In this document: positions 61,118-62,717 of the stretch, piece after piece
Layout: each line of letters begins with the position of its first letter
How positions within the stretch are numbered: position 1 is the first letter of the stretch
Sequence record: SRR20825010_4822
Reading direction: 5' to 3' (one strand)
Length of the DNA stretch: 62,717 nucleotides
Made by a program: the position numbers and the translations under genes
The notes under the pieces: generated by a model
Databases searched by the model: none
What the model saw: only the letters and a program-made list of their open reading frames with translations
What the model was told of the DNA's origin: nothing

Positions 61118-61732
61118 ATGAGGCGACTAATAATCCCACTTATTTTGATTGTAACGGGCTGTACTAATCATAAAGGAACTTCCACACCATCCATTAATGA
61201 GTTAACAGAATTGGCGATGAATGAGGGGGGTGAAATTTCAATTTTGGCACAAAAGACACTCGGTAGCCAATTGAAAAAATCGATCTCAGATAATGGAGTT
61301 ACTTCTGCGGTGCAGTTTTGCAATGTGGCCGCATACCCTATTCTTGATACCTTGAAAACGGTACCTAAAGCTTCAATAAGAAGAGCTTCACTTAGCGCTA
61401 GGAATCAGAAGGACAAACCCTCAGATGTGGAACGGGTGATACTTGAAAAGTATGCACAATCGCTGGAGAAGGGTGGAGATTTAAGCCCAGTAGTGGAAGT
61501 GCTTAATGAAAGCGAGATACTTTATGCTAAGCCAATTTTATTAGATGGTCCTCTTTGTTTGAACTGTCATGGTCAGGCAGGTAGTCAGGTTACTTCAGAA
61601 ACACTAAAGTCGATACAGGAATTGTACCCAAATGACAATGCTCTAAATCATAAAATGGGTGATTTGAGAGGAATATGGAGTATCACATTTGATATCAGTG
61701 AGCTGACCAATTACCTAAAAAATATCAAGTAA
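61118..61732 (+). CDS. DUF3365 (Tll0287-like) c-type heme lipoprotein
   Basis: Lipobox VTGC, AVQFCN, RNQKDKP, CLNCHG heme motif, YPND-A, GDLRGIWS. Confidence 0.82.
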   Translation: MRRLIIPLILIVTGCTNHKGTSTPSINELTELAMNEGGEISILAQKTLGSQLKKSISDNGVTSAVQFCNVAAYPILDTLKTVPKASIRRASLSARNQKDKPSDVERVILEKYAQSLEKGGDLSPVVEVLNESEILYAKPILLDGPLCLNCHGQAGSQVTSETLKSIQELYPNDNALNHKMGDLRGIWSITFDISELTNYLKNIK

Positions 61733-61776
61733 CTTCTTTCTGCTAACCTTAGGAACCCGGTTTTTCCCTTGACAGG

Positions 61777-61792
61777 TGTAACAAATGTTGCC
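61777..61792. promoter_or_regulatory. Crp/Fnr-type box upstream of the DUF2202 gene
   Basis: TGTAAC-AAAT-GTTGCC. Confidence 0.65.
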
Positions 61793-61840
61793 AATACTCA
61801 TTTGGCAATTGGCTTTATTTGAATAAAAATATCATAGATC

Positions 61841-62476
61841 ATGAAAAATTTATTCAATTACATATTGTTAAGCTTATCCGTGGTAACGCTCTCGTGTAGT
61901 GATTCCAGTGATGAGATGATTACTACAGACGATGAATTAATCAATATACAAATTTGGGCACTTCCAGTAGAGCCTTTGAGTGAAACTGAAATAGAGGCGC
62001 TTTTATTTATGCGAGAGGAAGAAAAATTAGCAAGGGATGTGTATGATCATCTATATACGATTTGGTCATCAAAAATCTTTAATAATATCTCAGCGAGCGA
62101 GCAGTCTCATACAGACGCAGTACGAACACTCTTAAATAAATATAAATTGGAGGATCCCGCAATTAATAGTGCCCCTGGAGTATTCGTCAATCAAGAACTT
62201 CAAACATTGTATACAGAATTAATTCAGATTGGATCGGTGAGTTTAGAGAGTGCGCTTAAAGTAGGTGCGGCTATTGAAGAAATTGATATTTTGGACCTTC
62301 AAAGAGAGTTAGGTTCCAATGTGGATAATGAAGACATTATTTTAGTTTTTGAAAATTTGATGAAGGGGTCAAAAAATCACCTTAAATCTTTTGTGCTGAA
62401 CTTAAAAAATCAAAATATTGCTTATATCCCTCAATATTTAACTCAAGAAGAATTTGATGCGATTATCAATTCTTAA
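61841..62476 (+). CDS. DUF2202 ferritin-like lipoprotein
   Basis: Lipobox TLSC; MREEEKLARDVY, SEQSH, IEEIDI, GSKNHL. Confidence 0.85.
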   Translation: MKNLFNYILLSLSVVTLSCSDSSDEMITTDDELINIQIWALPVEPLSETEIEALLFMREEEKLARDVYDHLYTIWSSKIFNNISASEQSHTDAVRTLLNKYKLEDPAINSAPGVFVNQELQTLYTELIQIGSVSLESALKVGAAIEEIDILDLQRELGSNVDNEDIILVFENLMKGSKNHLKSFVLNLKNQNIAYIPQYLTQEEFDAIINS

Positions 62477-62616
62477 TTTCAGAGCAGCTGGGTATCTATA
62501 AACTCCTGTTACATTTGTCATAATCTATCCCCAGCAGGGTTTTATTAGCCATTGGTTGTCTTTATCATTGTTTACCAAGAGAAGCGTCTGTCTTTGTGGT
62601 AAAGTCTCCTAAAGCG

Positions 62617-62652
62617 ATCTTCCCAAATTACTTGAAAGACACATATTATTAA
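62617..62652 (+). repeat. Direct repeat copy 2 (displaced hflX 3' end)
   Basis: ATCTTCCCAAATTACTTGAAAGACACATATTATTAA also reads IFPNYLKDTYY*. Confidence 0.9.
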
Positions 62653-62661
62653 TTAATTTTG
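62632..62661 (+). promoter_or_regulatory. Promoter of tRNA-Arg (TTG-N19-TAATTTTG)
   Basis: TTG 62632-62634, TAATTTTG 62654-62661, tRNA starts at 62681. Confidence 0.65.
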
Positions 62662-62680
62662 TTCCTCCAAAAAAAGGAAT

Positions 62681-62717
62681 GGTCCCGTAGTTCAACGGAT
62701 AGAATAGAAGTTTCCTA
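62681..62717 (+). tRNA. tRNA-Arg(CCT), 3' half truncated by window end
   Basis: GGTCCCG-TA-GTTC-AACGGATA-GAAT-A-GAAGT-TT-CCT-A: acceptor 5' strand, D-arm and anticodon CCT at 62714-62716. Confidence 0.88.

Larger units (their letters stand above)
59298..62616. mobile_element. Integrase-less genomic islet inserted in the hflX 3' end, carrying sulfide-oxidation cargo
   Basis: Bounded by 36-bp direct repeats (32/36 identical) of the hflX terminus; no mobility gene inside. Confidence 0.72.

Noticed and set aside
62681-62717. tRNA-Arg as the integration target of the sqr islet
   Set aside because: The islet lies 5' of the tRNA and the duplicated sequence is the hflX tail. The tRNA 3' end is outside the window, so a separate downstream element cannot be assessed.
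1-62717. CRISPR arrays, IS transposases, prophage or defence genes
   Set aside because: No spaced repeats and no transposase, integrase, phage or nuclease motifs found by eye.

Overview
AT-rich Bacteroidota chromosome segment, probably Cytophagales (inferred from TAnnTTTG promoters, lack of obvious Shine-Dalgarno motifs and gene order). (1) 1-31.2 kb: large surface-polysaccharide region with Wzx/Wzy/Wzz and SLBB export genes, glycosyl- and methyltransferases, three initiating phosphoglycosyl transferases, three Wzi paralogs and uxs/ugd/galE. (2) 31.2-59.3 kb: mostly housekeeping genes, including pheS, an RsbU/V/W-PPIase-MoxR run, aspS, tadA, sodA, a Crp-CMD-DoxX module, amt, uvrB, TPR-comA-DUF368-aroE, rfbC and hflX. 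(3) 59.3-62.65 kb, the standout: a ~3.3 kb islet with no integrase. It is bounded by two copies of the last 36 nt of hflX that differ only at 4 synonymous positions. It carries a type IV-like sulfide:quinone oxidoreductase, a CXXCH lipoprotein and a DUF2202 lipoprotein, each preceded by the same 16-bp Crp/Fnr-type palindrome at a fixed 21-nt spacing from a -7-like element. The window ends inside tRNA-Arg(CCT). Product calls come from recognisable motifs, not database searches.
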